A DNA stretch of 64,000 bases from Amphiscolops sp. MND2022 (lineage: Eukaryota), in contig OZ076410.1 in assembly GCA_964187785.1 (NCBI GenBank), forward strand, positions 85,994,001 through 86,058,000, written 5' to 3'. A program made the translations under genes and the position numbers. Positions 11,811 through 24,230 of the stretch are shown one piece after another. Positions within the stretch are counted from its first letter, which is position 1. Each line of letters begins with the position of its first letter. The notes under the pieces are model-generated. The model was not told the origin of the DNA. It did no database searches and saw only the letters and a program-made list of their open reading frames with translations.

Positions 11811-12302
11811 AATGAAGATTTGGTAATGATTACTTATGTTTATACACGATTGCCTGTTGTTTTTATTGATTATTTTTCAAATCCCAACTTGTTTTCAGTT
11901 TAATTAGCTACCATGAACCCTACTGTCCTTGATTTTTTCCTTTCCCTTCCATCGTCGCGACGAAGAAAGTGAACAATTTTGTTTGTCTTTATCTTTTATT
12001 TTTGTCTTGCACCTGTTTTTTTGTTCATTGCGAACTTTTGACCACCCCTGCACTCACAGGTTGTGCAACCGGATTAGGCAGTCTGCAAAAATTAAAGTGT
12101 TTCTGTATATTATAATATTATCAGATAAAACTTAATAATAAAGAAATTCAATCTATAAAAGATGTAAAATTAAAGTCTTTTCTTTGAAAACGGCCAACAT
12201 CTGGTATAACGCCAGTGGTTGTAAAAAACAGCTGTTGACAATCAATGGGGGCAGGGGATTGAAATATCGGATAATTGTTTCTGAAGTCCAAGTAATTGTG
12301 GA

Positions 12303-12342
12303 GAATGAATGGATGAATGAATGAATGAATGAATGAATGAAT
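12303..12342. repeat. (GAAT)n microsatellite
   Basis: About 10 GAAT units read directly, one of them variant. Confidence 0.95.
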
Positions 12343-13426
12343 AAGTGAATTATTAGGAGCTGGGAATTCAGTAAGGTATAGGTTTTGAGGGTTCTCATTG
12401 AAGTACATTTGATTCTCAAACAGTAATTCGTTTTTGGTTGTAGGCTCCATGACACTCGAAATTCATCTCGTTGCTCAGACCAGTCATCCATTCTTCAATA
12501 ATGGAAAATCTTGGATTCTTCATCATTGAAGAACAGATAATTGCGCTGGGTAACCTGACAATATACAGTTTAATAATAAAGTACAGCCAAATCAAAATTT
12601 CAAAAATAGCAATAGGTTTCATGCTTGAATCTCGTGTTGCAGTTATTTTGTTTTCAACCAATAAAAAATATTGGCTCTCCGATTGCGGAATAAGACTCAA
12701 GAATCTCTAGACAAATGAAGTTATATAGTTCAAAGGCACCGTTAAAGTCTTGACTTCATTTTGATAAGCATTTTGGATTGTTTAATTTCGTCGAATCAAT
12801 GCTATTGCTTTTGAATAACGAGTCTTTCCACCCATCAAATTGTCAATACTTTCACGAAATGCCTTTGTTAATCCCATGGTCCAGTACCAATTCCCCATCT
12901 GTTGAAATCATTTACATGGTGCAGAGTCGGGTCATATCTTCCATAACTTCTCGACGGTAACTTCTGCCTCTCCAAAAAACAAACTCCTATGTCTCATCAT
13001 TTTGAATCAAAAATTCTTGCAAAAACTAAAACCTATTTTTTGAAGCGATAAGCGAGACAAAATGGATGTGGACCCACCACTTCGTGCGTCAGAAACGGTA
13101 TTAAAAATGCTTCTTTAGGAAACATACTTTTTGGCTTCTATCGTCTGCGTCATTGTCTTCAATTTCGATTCTTCTAACTTTGTGGGAAAACGGTTTGGTT
13201 AACAACGGAGTTAATGGGGACAGTTACAAATAACACAGAAACTCCTCATAATTATGATCAGGGCTGTAAAGTATTGTATCTAAATTTATTTTTGGTTCGA
13301 AATAGATTATTGTTAATGATCAGAACTGAAAATAAATAATATAAATTATTTTTGTTTATTTCTATCTTAAGCAATTTTGAAAAAAACTAAAAACTGGCCA
13401 ATATTTTATGAACAGTACAGACTTTC

Positions 13427-14075
13427 CAGAAAGAAGCATTAACACGCAAGAATATCTTGCTCTCCAAGTTGACTGGGGACGTGGATTTTCGATAGTCACT
13501 GAATAGACCCCGGGCAGTGCTAAACAGTCTTTCAACCACGTTTGAAGTACGTGGTATCGCTGCCAGTGGCAGTACGAATAGCCTTTTATTTCAATAAAAC
13601 AGTATCGGCATAATCTCGCTGGTTAACAGCAGAAGTTTGACAAATAGAATTATCTGCTCGAATCAATTTTTCTGGGGCAAAAGCTTGATCTAGAGCAAGT
13701 TCATTCCCTTCGAGTGCTATTCTAGTCTCGAAATATGGGTAGTGCGATAGCGTTCAGGCACCGGATCCCAGATAATGGTCTAGAGCAGGGATATCATGTA
13801 AAATATCATCGAACAGGGTTCGTGCTTGCAAGAGATTTATAGAATTAGTCTGGAGCTTCAGTGTAATTGAATGGAACTTGGCCAGCGAGGTCAAAAAACA
13901 CTACAATTGTAAACTTTGAGATTCGGTTGGTTTCAGATTTCTGACCTCTGTATCTTTCATTTCCTTAACTGTCGGTAAGAGTTTGAAATACCGCCTGAGC
14001 ATATCGTACGTGGACTTCCACTTGGTCGCATTTCTAGCAAAAATGATAGCGTCGAGCCGCAAAGCGTGAACAGTG
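13427..14075 (-). pseudogene. hAT transposase C-terminal half
   Basis: RNATKWKSTYDMLRRYFKL (hAT TRW.S..ML.R motif) and, after a frameshift, TSNVVERLFSTARGLFSDYRKSTSPVNLESKIFLRVNASFW (dimerization-domain ERxFS); several stops. Confidence 0.88.
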
Positions 14076-14158
14076 TACAATTGAACCTCGGTATTAAGTA
14101 CCTCCGGGAGAGTGAAATAACTACGTTATAACGGGAGTTACGCTATAAATTATTCACT

Positions 14159-14682
14159 TTTTGGTTTTTAAGACTTGACGGATTTTTAACACAACAATTT
14201 GTTCCGAAGTCTGTCTTCATGGTATAGAGCCAAAGGTGTCTAAAATCGAATCACTAGGACCTCACGAAGAATCTGTCCTTTTAAGTTTTGGTTTTTAAGA
14301 CTTTACGGATTTTTAACACAAAAATTTGTTCCGAATTCTGTCTTCATGGTATAGAACCAAATGTGTGTAAAATCGAATCACTAGGACCTCACGAATAATC
14401 TGTCCTTTTAAGTTTTGATTTTTAGGACTTGACGGATTTTTAACACAAAATTTTGTCCCGAAGTCTGTCTTCATGGTATAGAACCAAAGGTGTCTAAAAT
14501 CGAATCACTAGGACCTCACGAATAATCTGTCCTTTTAAGTTTTGGTTTTTAGGACTTTAGGGATTTTTAACACAAAAATTTGTCCCGAAGTCTGTCTTCA
14601 TGGTAAAGAACCAAAGGTGTCCGAAATCAAATCACCAGGACCTCATGCATAATCTGTCGTTTCAATTTTTGGTTTTTAGGGC
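14159..14682. repeat. 127-bp tandem repeat, about 4.1 copies, inside the hAT element
   Basis: Unit-start motif TTGG/TTGA at 14161, 14288, 14415, 14542 and 14669, an exact 127-bp period. Confidence 0.97.
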
Positions 14683-15974
14683 TTAATTAGGGAAAGAAGA
14701 AGAAGCTGAGACGTACGTAATACTGTGCGTACCCAATACCTCGAGCCGACTGTATAATGCAGGCAGCGCACCGCAGCTTCCCACAAAAGCGTGTGAACAA
14801 ACATTTTATTATGCGGGCTGCGCATCGCAGCTTCCCACAAGAGTTAGAATACCGCACGCAGCTAGCCAGCTACGTTGTGTAAACACGCCGTTCGTGAGTC
14901 GTGCAGTATGTGTCGTATATGGGTCCTGTACTCGATAAAATAATTTCCATCAATCATTATAATAAAAAAGAAATCATTTATTTTTTTTGGTCGGAATAAA
15001 CTATTTACAATTATTTATTGCATTTATTTTCCAAGATTTTTTTTTAATTTACAGCCTTGATGATGATCAAATTCTCGTTACAGTGCTGAGTTGTTCCTGG
15101 CTTTTGACCCCAAGTTGATCCTAAGATTTTCTCTTTGCAGATTATTTCTTCCATTTCAGTTTCCCTCGATGATGTCCTTGAAAATCATTTTCTCCCATTC
15201 CAATTTTCATATTTTGATTGGGGTACTAAAACAATAGAATTGATTGAAGAAACATTGGAACCAGGGTCCATCAACATTAAATATTGCCACACCCAGGGGT
15301 CGACCTGTTCATGGAAATTTTAAAAATCTGTCAGCTCGTCAGTCCTAAAAACCTCCAACGAAAATTTCATTAAGGTGAAGGGCGCTGACTCACTTCACGA
15401 GGTTTAATAACCCCTAATAGTATCATCAGAGTCATCAACATTAAATATGAGTAGTGTTTCGTGGAAATATAAATAGTATTGTAATTCCAGCTCGGAAAAA
15501 AAATGTTTGCAATGAGTCTGCAGGTAAAAAAACACAGTTTTCGATTTAAATGATGGATTTGTGAAGGAAAAAATTATTTATCGCTGAATAAATACATTTA
15601 AATTACAAAAATATTCCAATTTAATTAAACAAATAAATTCTACGTGACTTGCATAGCATGACGTGACTTGCATAGCTAACTTAAGCATGTCGTGAACTTA
15701 ACTTGGGTCATACATTTTTGATGACCCCTGGCCACATCTCACATTTATTTGAAATAAATTGGCAGCTCTCTTTCCTTCTACATTTTCGAACGCTCCCAAG
15801 TTTCATCTGTTACTTCTCCCCTCCCCTCGTCTTCTCATCGTGCTCTCTGGGGGGGAAGAGAGGGGAGGAGAAGTAACAATGTTTCATGATTTTGAATCTT
15901 TCCTATCATCGAATTTCATGATTGTGTTGATTTGTTTCGGAAAACGCCATATATTAGTTATACGGGAAATTCCT

Positions 15975-16075
15975 AACGTAACGCGTCAGAAGTAGGTCTT
16001 CTACGCAAGTGGTCAGAAGTAGGAGTTTTCACGTAACTTGCCAATAGTAGGAATTTCCACGTAGAATGCCAGTAG
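15975..16075. repeat. Short degenerate tandem repeat (~28-bp units containing AGTAG)
   Basis: TCAGAAGTAGG twice, then CCAATAGTAGG and CCAGTAGTAGA at roughly 27-29 nt spacing. Confidence 0.6.
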
Positions 16076-16169
16076 TAGAACGGAATATAAAACAGCCAGT
16101 TGCACATGGGACTAGAATAACAACATTTTGCATAGGGCCAAAAATGCAAAAAATCTGTGACAAGAAGAT

Positions 16170-16980
16170 GTAGTAGTGTAGTAGTAGAATAGATTTCAGG
16201 GCATAGCCCTAGGATGTTACCCCCTTAGATCGTCCGAGTTTTACTTTAGTCGCAGTTTTTCAAAGATTTTGCAGTTTCCACATCTGCACAAGAGTCTTCA
16301 TGTACATGTGTTTGTCCCATTGTAGTTTGTTTGAAAGAAGGGATGATAGATGTCGGTCAGCGTCGTTTTGCCAGGTTTTTGGTAGAAAGAGGGACATGCG
16401 TAGATGAGGTAATTGTAGAGTCTCTCTGTGCGGGTGAAGAATTTGTCAAATGTCTTTTAGAGTCAAGTCTGGGCTCTTGGTAGCTCTCCTTTGAAATTGC
16501 CTGATTGAATCATATTCTTGTGGCAAGTTTTCATTAAGTACTCTACGTCATAATTGCCATGGAGCATAGCCAGCAACATCAGGATATCGTATATATGATT
16601 TAGAAACTGAGGGCGAGGAGCTTCAGCTCTTTCATTCTTTCGTAATAGCTTTTTTCTGGACCCAAGATGCAACGAGTCGCCAATTTTTGAACTTTCTCTA
16701 GTGTTGCAGAATTCATTTTATTTGGTAGCCATGTGTGTGAGGCAAAGGTTAGGATGTGTACTGTACTACGTAGCCAAAATATGCGTTCAATTTCGTTATG
16801 ATAGCACAATTCTGCGAAAGACTTCGCTTGATTTGGGAAAAAAGCACCCATTGTCTTGGTTGCACGCTGGTTACTGTTTTCATTTCAGCTAAGATTGTTG
16901 CTGATCATGACTCCCAGATCGCGTTCAATATGAACAGCTGAGAGAGATTTATTCATCAGAGTAGCGTTTTGTTCTCCTCT
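16170..16980 (-). mobile_element. 5'-truncated non-LTR retrotransposon (CR1/L2-type) 3' end
   Basis: Minus-strand translation ERDLGVMISNNLS*...LTFASHTWLP...LEKVQKLATRCIL...SYYERMKELKLL matches the CR1/L2 ORF2 C-terminus; ends in a (CTA)n-like tail at 16171-16187. Confidence 0.85.
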
Positions 16981-17454
16981 CAGGTTGAAACATTTATGAA
17001 AACATGATAGTCATTACCTTGTAACTTTATAACAAAGTAATTTCCACACCTAGCATTTGATTTTAATTTAGAGAAACATTGCATGGGCTTTGTACCAACC
17101 AAGGACGTTTCAACCATTCGAGCATCAATTGACTTGACTTCATATAACTGTACTTTTGAATTACCTAGTTTCGTTTTGGAGAAAAATCGCAGGCGATTCA
17201 TTTTAACCATTTTAGGAAATTGTTTTGCTTGTTCTACAGCGAGGCTCTTTTCTGTTACCCCAGACACCCCACCATCGAAACTTTTGGAATACAATCCTAA
17301 AACTTTTCGGGCTGAATTAGTTAAAAGAACTCATTGTTAGAACAAAACATTTTCGACATATTCCGACTCCGATTATTTTGAAAATTAAACTCTGTGACTC
17401 AAAATTGAAGCTGTTGTTCCCTAATTAAGAATGTGTGAGAATGAGAACCATAAA

Positions 17455-17590
17455 ATTTGTGTGAACAATTTTCATGTCTGAATTCTAAACTGTAACGTTG
17501 GAATTAAATTTTGAATTAACGTTTTCTTGTCTGGTTTTTATTGATTTGTCTTGAAATTTCCAAAACCTTTCTAATAAATAGTAGTTCAGG
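17455..17590. repeat. Dispersed repeat similar to 19190-19330
   Basis: Shared GTGTGAAC..ATTCTAAACTGTAAC..AAAACCTT.C.AATAAA.ATAGT. Confidence 0.55.
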
Positions 17591-18304
17591 ACCAGAAAAA
17601 AAACAGACAGCAATGAACTTGCTTCCAATGAAAAACACTACAATCTCCTCCAATGAGAATGCCACACTTTTTGAAATTCAGGATGACTCATTAGTGACTC
17701 CTCTTCTGCTTAACTTTTCTATAACAAAAAAAAACGTGCGTTCACACTTAAGAACTATGTAACTTCATCGGAGAATCCCACAAAAATAAAAACTGAAGAC
17801 TACAAAGTTGACGACTCGGACTCAAAGACTCAGTCAGTAAATTTTTATCTTATTTCTATCTTCTGTTACTTTTTAAAAATCTCATAGCTCCTGATACTTC
17901 AATAAAGGCTTTTTACGTTTTTCTGATAGAGTTAAAATTTCACTCAAGCAGCTACCGATCTATTTTTGTCTGTAATTTCACTTTTTTCAAGTTTGAGGGT
18001 TGGGAAATTTTTTGGAGGAAATGAAAAATTTCCGATGGAAAATTTTCAAAACAAAAATCGAACTTCCCTGATTAGAAATTAAATACTTTCCACTAGCAGG
18101 ATGTTAACTATCGGAAATGTTGATTCGTATCTGAAGACAACTGATGATTAAAAAGTTTTTTGTTTCATTGTTGTTGTTCAGAATTTTGAGCTTTCACTGA
18201 TGGAATGTTTGCCTTTTTTTGGGATATGAATTGTCTTGTTCAACAATTGTAGATTGACTCGGAAATTGACTAAAACCAGCTGTTCGCGAATTTCATCTGT
18301 ACAA

Positions 18305-18500
18305 TGGCCGAGTTTTAGTCAGTGCGAGGTGTGAGGTCGCGAGTTCAGTGTCTGCCATTCGGTTATCTAATAGGCTTTTGCTCCCTCCACGCGTTAAAAA
18401 TTGTATCTTCATGTAACGGCGAGCAGTGATAGGTCGCCTGACACATTACAATGGTGGATGAATGAATAGGGAAAGGTATTACATCCGGGACTGACCGCTT
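18305..18500 (+). mobile_element. Possible tRNA-derived SINE (degenerate)
   Basis: A-box-like TGGCCGAG and B-box-like GGTCGCGAGTTCAG about 30 nt apart at the head of a GC-richer island. Confidence 0.3.
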
Positions 18501-19429
18501 CGACGCACCTATCCAATTTTTCTCCTAAAGATACCGGTCCCGAGACGGGGGATCTGTCTTTTGGGAAGCGCTTCAACCTTAGTCCGGTTTTTTACTGCTA
18601 CAAAATACGGCTCGCGAAGACCGTAAGAACAGCTTTCAAAGAATTCAAAAATTTTCAAGAATTCGAAGAATAAATATTGTAACTTTCCATTTCCAGGTTG
18701 ACATCAGAATAACGTCTAATACTGCAAAAACAGTGTTAGCACCAAAATTGAAAATGGCGGAAACAGCGAAAAGAGCAATGTCAAGCCTAGTGCCACGTCC
18801 AAATCGACTTCAAATTTCTCTACAAGTTTCTAAACATGTCCAACTTCCAATATCGACTGACTGTTTTGGTACTATTTTGGTGTACCATACGATGTCGATA
18901 CATTATCTATTGTCGTCTGATGAAAATTTAAAGGCGCTTTCCTGTTTGCCCTCACCACCATAGTTTTTGAAAGGTAATTTCCCTAAAAACCTTCGACTAG
19001 CTCAATTAAAAGTAAAACCTTTTTTCAAAACAGGAATTTAACATCCATTAGAACAGTTTTTTGCTGGAAAAAAAACATTGACATTGTTCACACATTTTGA
19101 CCAGGAATATGTTCGTAATAAGATGTTTTCGGTGACTCAAAAGAGGAGCTGTTAACTTCTTCATAAAAATGCGTCACTATATAGGTAAAACGTGTGAACC
19201 AAATGTGTATCCTCATTCTAAACTGTAACCTAAACTAAGATTAAATTGAAAATTGAAGCTTTCTGGGTTGTACTCAAGTCTTTTTGTTATCAGATTTTCA
19301 AAAACCTTCCAATAAAAAATAGTGGTGGTGGGCAAAGTGCCAATATAAAAATAATGTCTTCAAAACTCATGTTTTTTTTATTCTGATGCCTATTTGGATA
19401 TAGCATATACTCAGCTGATACTTTTTGAA

Positions 19430-22175
19430 ATTGTTTTTTCGCATAATTTTATTGAACATGGGCGAGAGGAAGGAAAAACTTCCCGATCTCGTTTGCCAAT
19501 GCACCCCTCCCAGCCTACTGGCAGTAAATTTATCTGTCCTGTTCTGCTACGACTTGGTGGCGGATGGTATTGGTATTTTCATAAGAAGTTACTTTCGTCT
19601 TTAGCTGAGGCCGCTGTCGATGTTATGAGATATCTCTTTCAATACTTAGCTAAGTCTTTGAGGTATACCTTTCTCTTTCTTTTACTAGTTCTAATTTCAG
19701 AAAAAAAACCTATTTTTCGAGAGTTATAAGTAAACTTTGAATAGATGTCTTTCAGGACATATGTCAATGATATAACATGATCTAACTATCATCAATAACT
19801 GTCTAGATGAGATAGCATCGCTAAGTAGAATATAGATCAGTGGGCTAACATCTAAATGGTAGAGGATTCACTAAATATATTAAAGATTAGTAAGAGCATT
19901 CAATAAATAGATTAGTGAGTAACAGTATCTGGAGGGTAAGAGAATTCACCAAATAGATTAAGTTAGCTTCTTTGGACAAGATGTCAACTGTCAAACTGTC
20001 AAAGCGAGAAAGTTTTATAAAAACGTTTTGAGGTCATGTATCATGGCATCATAATCGACCTGGTTTTCGAAATATTTTCAAACGTCATACTGACGAAGTT
20101 TATGTTCTGAAGTATTTGTATCTTGTTGTTTTTCAGGTTTAATGGACGGTGTACAATACTTTTAACCTGTGTTCTCTACCTAAGGAGTGAGAGCCACATA
20201 AAGCGGTTCAATCAACTTCTTATGGTGCGGTTCAGTTCACTTTGGTGTGAAATTTGAAAGATCAAAAAGTCGAGTATTTTTGACTGACAGTTCGGTGCTA
20301 GTTATTGACAACATGTACTATGTATTCTGATTTAGATTCAATTGAGTGTCCATTCATTGGCCTCAAAAGAAAAGTATATGTAATCAGCGAAAGTTGTGTG
20401 ACAAGAACAACCTTTTTTGAAGGCTGAAAACTTTTAATTTTTAATGCAAGACGTTTTCAATGAGTTGTGAACCAACATTGGCGGTGGCGGGTAGTGAACG
20501 AAAGTGAAAGAAGTCAATGTGGTCAGGAAAAACTAAATCAAAGACGTTGAAAAAATGTTTCAAACTTGGCAAAAGATATTGGAAAAGTGTTGTAAATTAG
20601 AGAATTGAAGATGTACCTTAATGTTCTAGAAGCATAAAGTTTGTACTGTAAAAAAAGAAAAGTAATAAATATTAGTAAAAGTTTGGTACTGTAGTGTAGT
20701 TTGCCCAATATAGTATCAAAAAAGGTTATACCATGAAATATTATGGAGTACAAGAGTAATGAACTATAACTAAAGGAGTATACGATAATTAAGTGTACAT
20801 CTACTGATTAATTTAAATGATGTTCAGTTTGAAACAGTTTGAAACATTGGGCAAAATTCAAAAACTGTTGATAGCAATGGGTCAGAAGATGGAGAAGACG
20901 TTTGGAGGGTCTGCAACGATGGAGAAGAAATGTGGAAATGTCAGCAACGGCGGAGAAGTCTGCAAAAGTCTGCAACGGTGGAGAAGAAGTCTGCAAAAGT
21001 CAGCAAGGAAAAAGAGGTTGGTAGTACTTAGAGTGCTGAGAAGAAGCGGGTTGGGTGGAAAGTTTTTTCAGGTCATAGGTCTCTCTTTCAGGAAAAAAAC
21101 CAAAAACTTTGAGAACGGAGTTGAAAGCATCTGTACCTTCCAGTACTGCATGGAGGAAATAGCAATTATTTTGTTCAAAAGAAGTGCGGTCGATGACAAA
21201 GTTTTTGCTGGAGTTTGTTTCACAAACTGCAATGGAAGGTCCCGAAGCATGAGGGCAATAATATTGATCAAACAGGATCCTTTTGAACATAGAAGAATGA
21301 TGTTATACAGGATTTTAAAGAATGCGCGGCGAGTTTCCATTGTTGATATCAGTGCGAATGTTGAGTGCCAAGGTTTTGAAAATGACGGCTTTTAAGGAAT
21401 GTGCATTGAAGGAAGAAAGTGTTTGGTTGGTTTACTTGAGGTAGAAACTGTTGAGTATTTTATGTTTGTTTTAGAATTCATCGTCGTTTTGAATGAATAA
21501 GTGATGCAATTGGCGGAAAGGGTGTCGTTGAAAGAACAAGAACTGAAGAGGACCCTGGACTGGAGATGACCGAAGGGGGTTGGGTCGACAGTTGAGATGG
21601 AGGATGGCACGGACAATGAAGTAGGGGAACGGGAAGAATAGAACTTTCTGAAACAACAATGTATGTGAGTGCGGTGAGGGGAGTATCCGTAGGATTCTGT
21701 TTGTATGGATCGAGTTTGTATGGATCGAGTTTGTAAGTGATATCACGAAGAGTTCGTGATGCAAGAACATTGTAAAGTTTGTCAGTTTAGGAGTGGCTGT
21801 TTCGGAGTGTATTTTTCAGGATGGTATTCTGTGTTTCAGATCGAGCTGCTTCGGTTTCAACCATGGAAGCGATGACTTTAGCGGAAATGAACAAAAGTTC
21901 ATTATAGGAACAAGTTCATAAGCTTGCTTTGACAAAGCTGTATAAAATGATTTTTGTCATTGAGAGGAGTAGAAACAAGGTGTTTGATGACAGCGAGCGG
22001 TTTTGCGATGATAGAAGGAACATTGCAAAGTAAAAGAAAGTCATCGAAGTGTATCGAATAATCAATCGAAGGAACAATGAAAGGTCTGGATGTATCGTTA
22101 TACGGCAAGAGACAATAATAATGTTTTATAAGGTCAAAGTTTGCTGTTGCAGACATGCTGAGTCGTTCTTTCACA
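19430..22175 (-). mobile_element. 3' part of a Gypsy family-B element (accessory ORFs plus 3' LTR ~19430-20053)
   Basis: Reverse-complement similarity to 28850-31768 and 36340-38720, including accessory ORFs LPYNDTSRP and DAFNSVLKVFG and the LTR start motif. Confidence 0.8.
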
Positions 22176-23099
22176 AAAACCGTTTTACAAATAAATCAAA
22201 TTTAACACAAACAACTCCGACCTCAATTCGAGTTTTCATTACTACAAAACAATACACTGAAACCTGTACACCGTTTGGCTACACAAGAAGGAATTTTACC
22301 CTATCAGAACATGGATCTCATCCCATACTTGTACACTAGGCTATGAACCAATTTTCGGTCAGTTTAAATGACAAAGGCTATGATATTATTGTCAAACCGT
22401 TCGATATTATTTACACTCGCTCTCATTCAAATCTGTTACTCCCTTTCAAACAAATATAAAACACCTATTAAAAAGAACAATAAATCCCTCCATCAACAGT
22501 CTCTTTTACTAAATGTTACTGATGTTACAAGTGATGACGAGGAACATGTATTCAAAAACATAACTCCACAACACTTTACCCCACTTTATATTTCACCCCA
22601 GATAACACTTTACATGATGAAGTCTTTTCTACCCTTACAAAACCGAAGTCTATTCCTACATCAGAATCGAATTCTGCTATAGATGTAAAAACCAGTTCTA
22701 AATCTACTACTCACTGTTCACAAGTCATACTTTTTTATGACACACCTTTTTTCAATTACAAAAACCATCTTCAAGATTTCTTTCTACCAAAGGACTACTC
22801 CTTAGGTCTAAAACAATTCATTGAAAACAATCTCAAGATCCTGTTCTTAGGACTGCATTCACTTGCCTTTCACAAAATGAAAGACCTGAAATCTTTACTC
22901 TCTTATTTACTGGTACTCTTTTTCTTGACGCATAATACGAAATATTGTCACAACTTTTCATCGATGATTCCACTTATCTTATTAGCTTGTACCCAAAGAA
23001 TAAATTCTCTATTGAAGTACCTCCTAATACAGCTCCAAACACCATCCAAAGTACTAGCGAATTTTGTCTTCCTCTTTGAATAATTAAAACTGCTTTCAA

Positions 23100-24230
23100 C
23101 AACCTTCATGAACATTGTCACACAGACTCCAAAATTATCTTACATTCTCTCAATACTACTACATTATCCATTTTCATACATGACTGTATTGAATGTCAAC
23201 GCATTAAACAATTTAAAACAAAAATACAAACAACTCCAGAATTCTTCTTGGAACATGCTCCTTCATCCATTTAAAGAATCTCTATGGATACAAAAGGTCC
23301 TATTAACCCTCCTACACAACACAAGTCCTTATTTCAGGTTATAATTGACGCTTTTAGTGACTTTGTTGTAACAGTGCTAATCAAATCCCATAACGTTTAA
23401 CTGCTGTAAAAAAACTTCTCCATCATTGGATTACCAAAATTGACCCGCCAATTTACCTCGTCACTGATCGTGGATCAGAATACTTGAACAATGAAAGGCA
23501 CAACTTTGTACACTAATGGCAATAAGACACCTTACTCTCCTTGGACAAATTAGCTTGTAGAAGTAAAAAAACGAAACCTTGGTACTCACCTGCGTATGTT
23601 CCTTCAAGACTCTCCTAAAGATTGGACATTCCACGTTCACATGTATGCTTACGCACACAACTCACAACCTCTTTCAAAACTCAATGTTTCTCCTCACAAA
23701 AATGTTTTTCACACAAGACCCAGACTTCCACTCACTTTCGATTCAAGCCTTAATCGAGATACCACCAAAACTTGTAATTCTAAGTATTGCTCCCAAGTTC
23801 CAGACCACTCTCATTATGACGAAACAGATTTAAACCCTTTCGTTTACAAACATCTTTCAAATCCTACTCCACATTGGATTCTTGCAGTCCAAAATGTTAC
23901 GAAATGTTACAAAATCATTCTACAGTATTTGAAAACACTATCGAAAATATAAACTCTCAAGCCTTCATTACGAAAACCTATCGTGAAGGTAAACCCCTTT
24001 CTCTTGGAATTTTTGTAATCAAACGTAATTTCATCCATGTTCATTTTTCAGAGAAACTTAAACCCCTTTGGACCATATAAATAATTGACAAAGTCTCTGG
24101 TGTTACATATGAACTTCTTTCACAAGATGACTCTAAATTTCACATTCAAAGAAATCACTTATTTCCTTATCATCCAAAAGAACAACTTTTGTACCCTCAT
24201 CTACGTAATGTTTGCGCTTATCGGACTCAA
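23100..24230 (+). pseudogene. Integrase (HHCC, DDE core, C-terminal GPY/F region), heavily frameshifted
   Basis: Fragments HDCIECQR, ISMDTKGPINPP, IIDAFSDFVVTV, LVTDRGSEYLNN, SPWTN*LVEV, MFLQDSPKDW..HMYAYAHNSQPLS, GPYKIIDKVSGVTYEL, HIQRNHLFPY. Confidence 0.9.

Larger units (their letters stand above)
13259..15059 (-). mobile_element. Internally deleted hAT DNA transposon (1.8 kb)
   Basis: TIRs CAGGGCTGTAAA (13259-13270) and TTTACAGCCTTG (15048-15059, 1 mismatch); 8-bp TSD ATTATGAT (13251-13258) / ATGATGAT (15060-15067); contains a transposase remnant. Confidence 0.88.

Noticed and set aside
14159-14682. Possible CRISPR array
   Set aside because: Whole 127-bp units repeat with no unique spacers, no cas genes, and the context is eukaryotic.
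16980-17294. 104-aa minus-strand ORF next to the LINE
   Set aside because: No recognisable motif, homolog in the window or clear splice sites; not continuous with the LINE ORF2.
20817-21395. 192-aa plus-strand ORF
   Set aside because: Antisense to the conserved family-B accessory ORF; contains local short repeats and is not conserved in the other copies.
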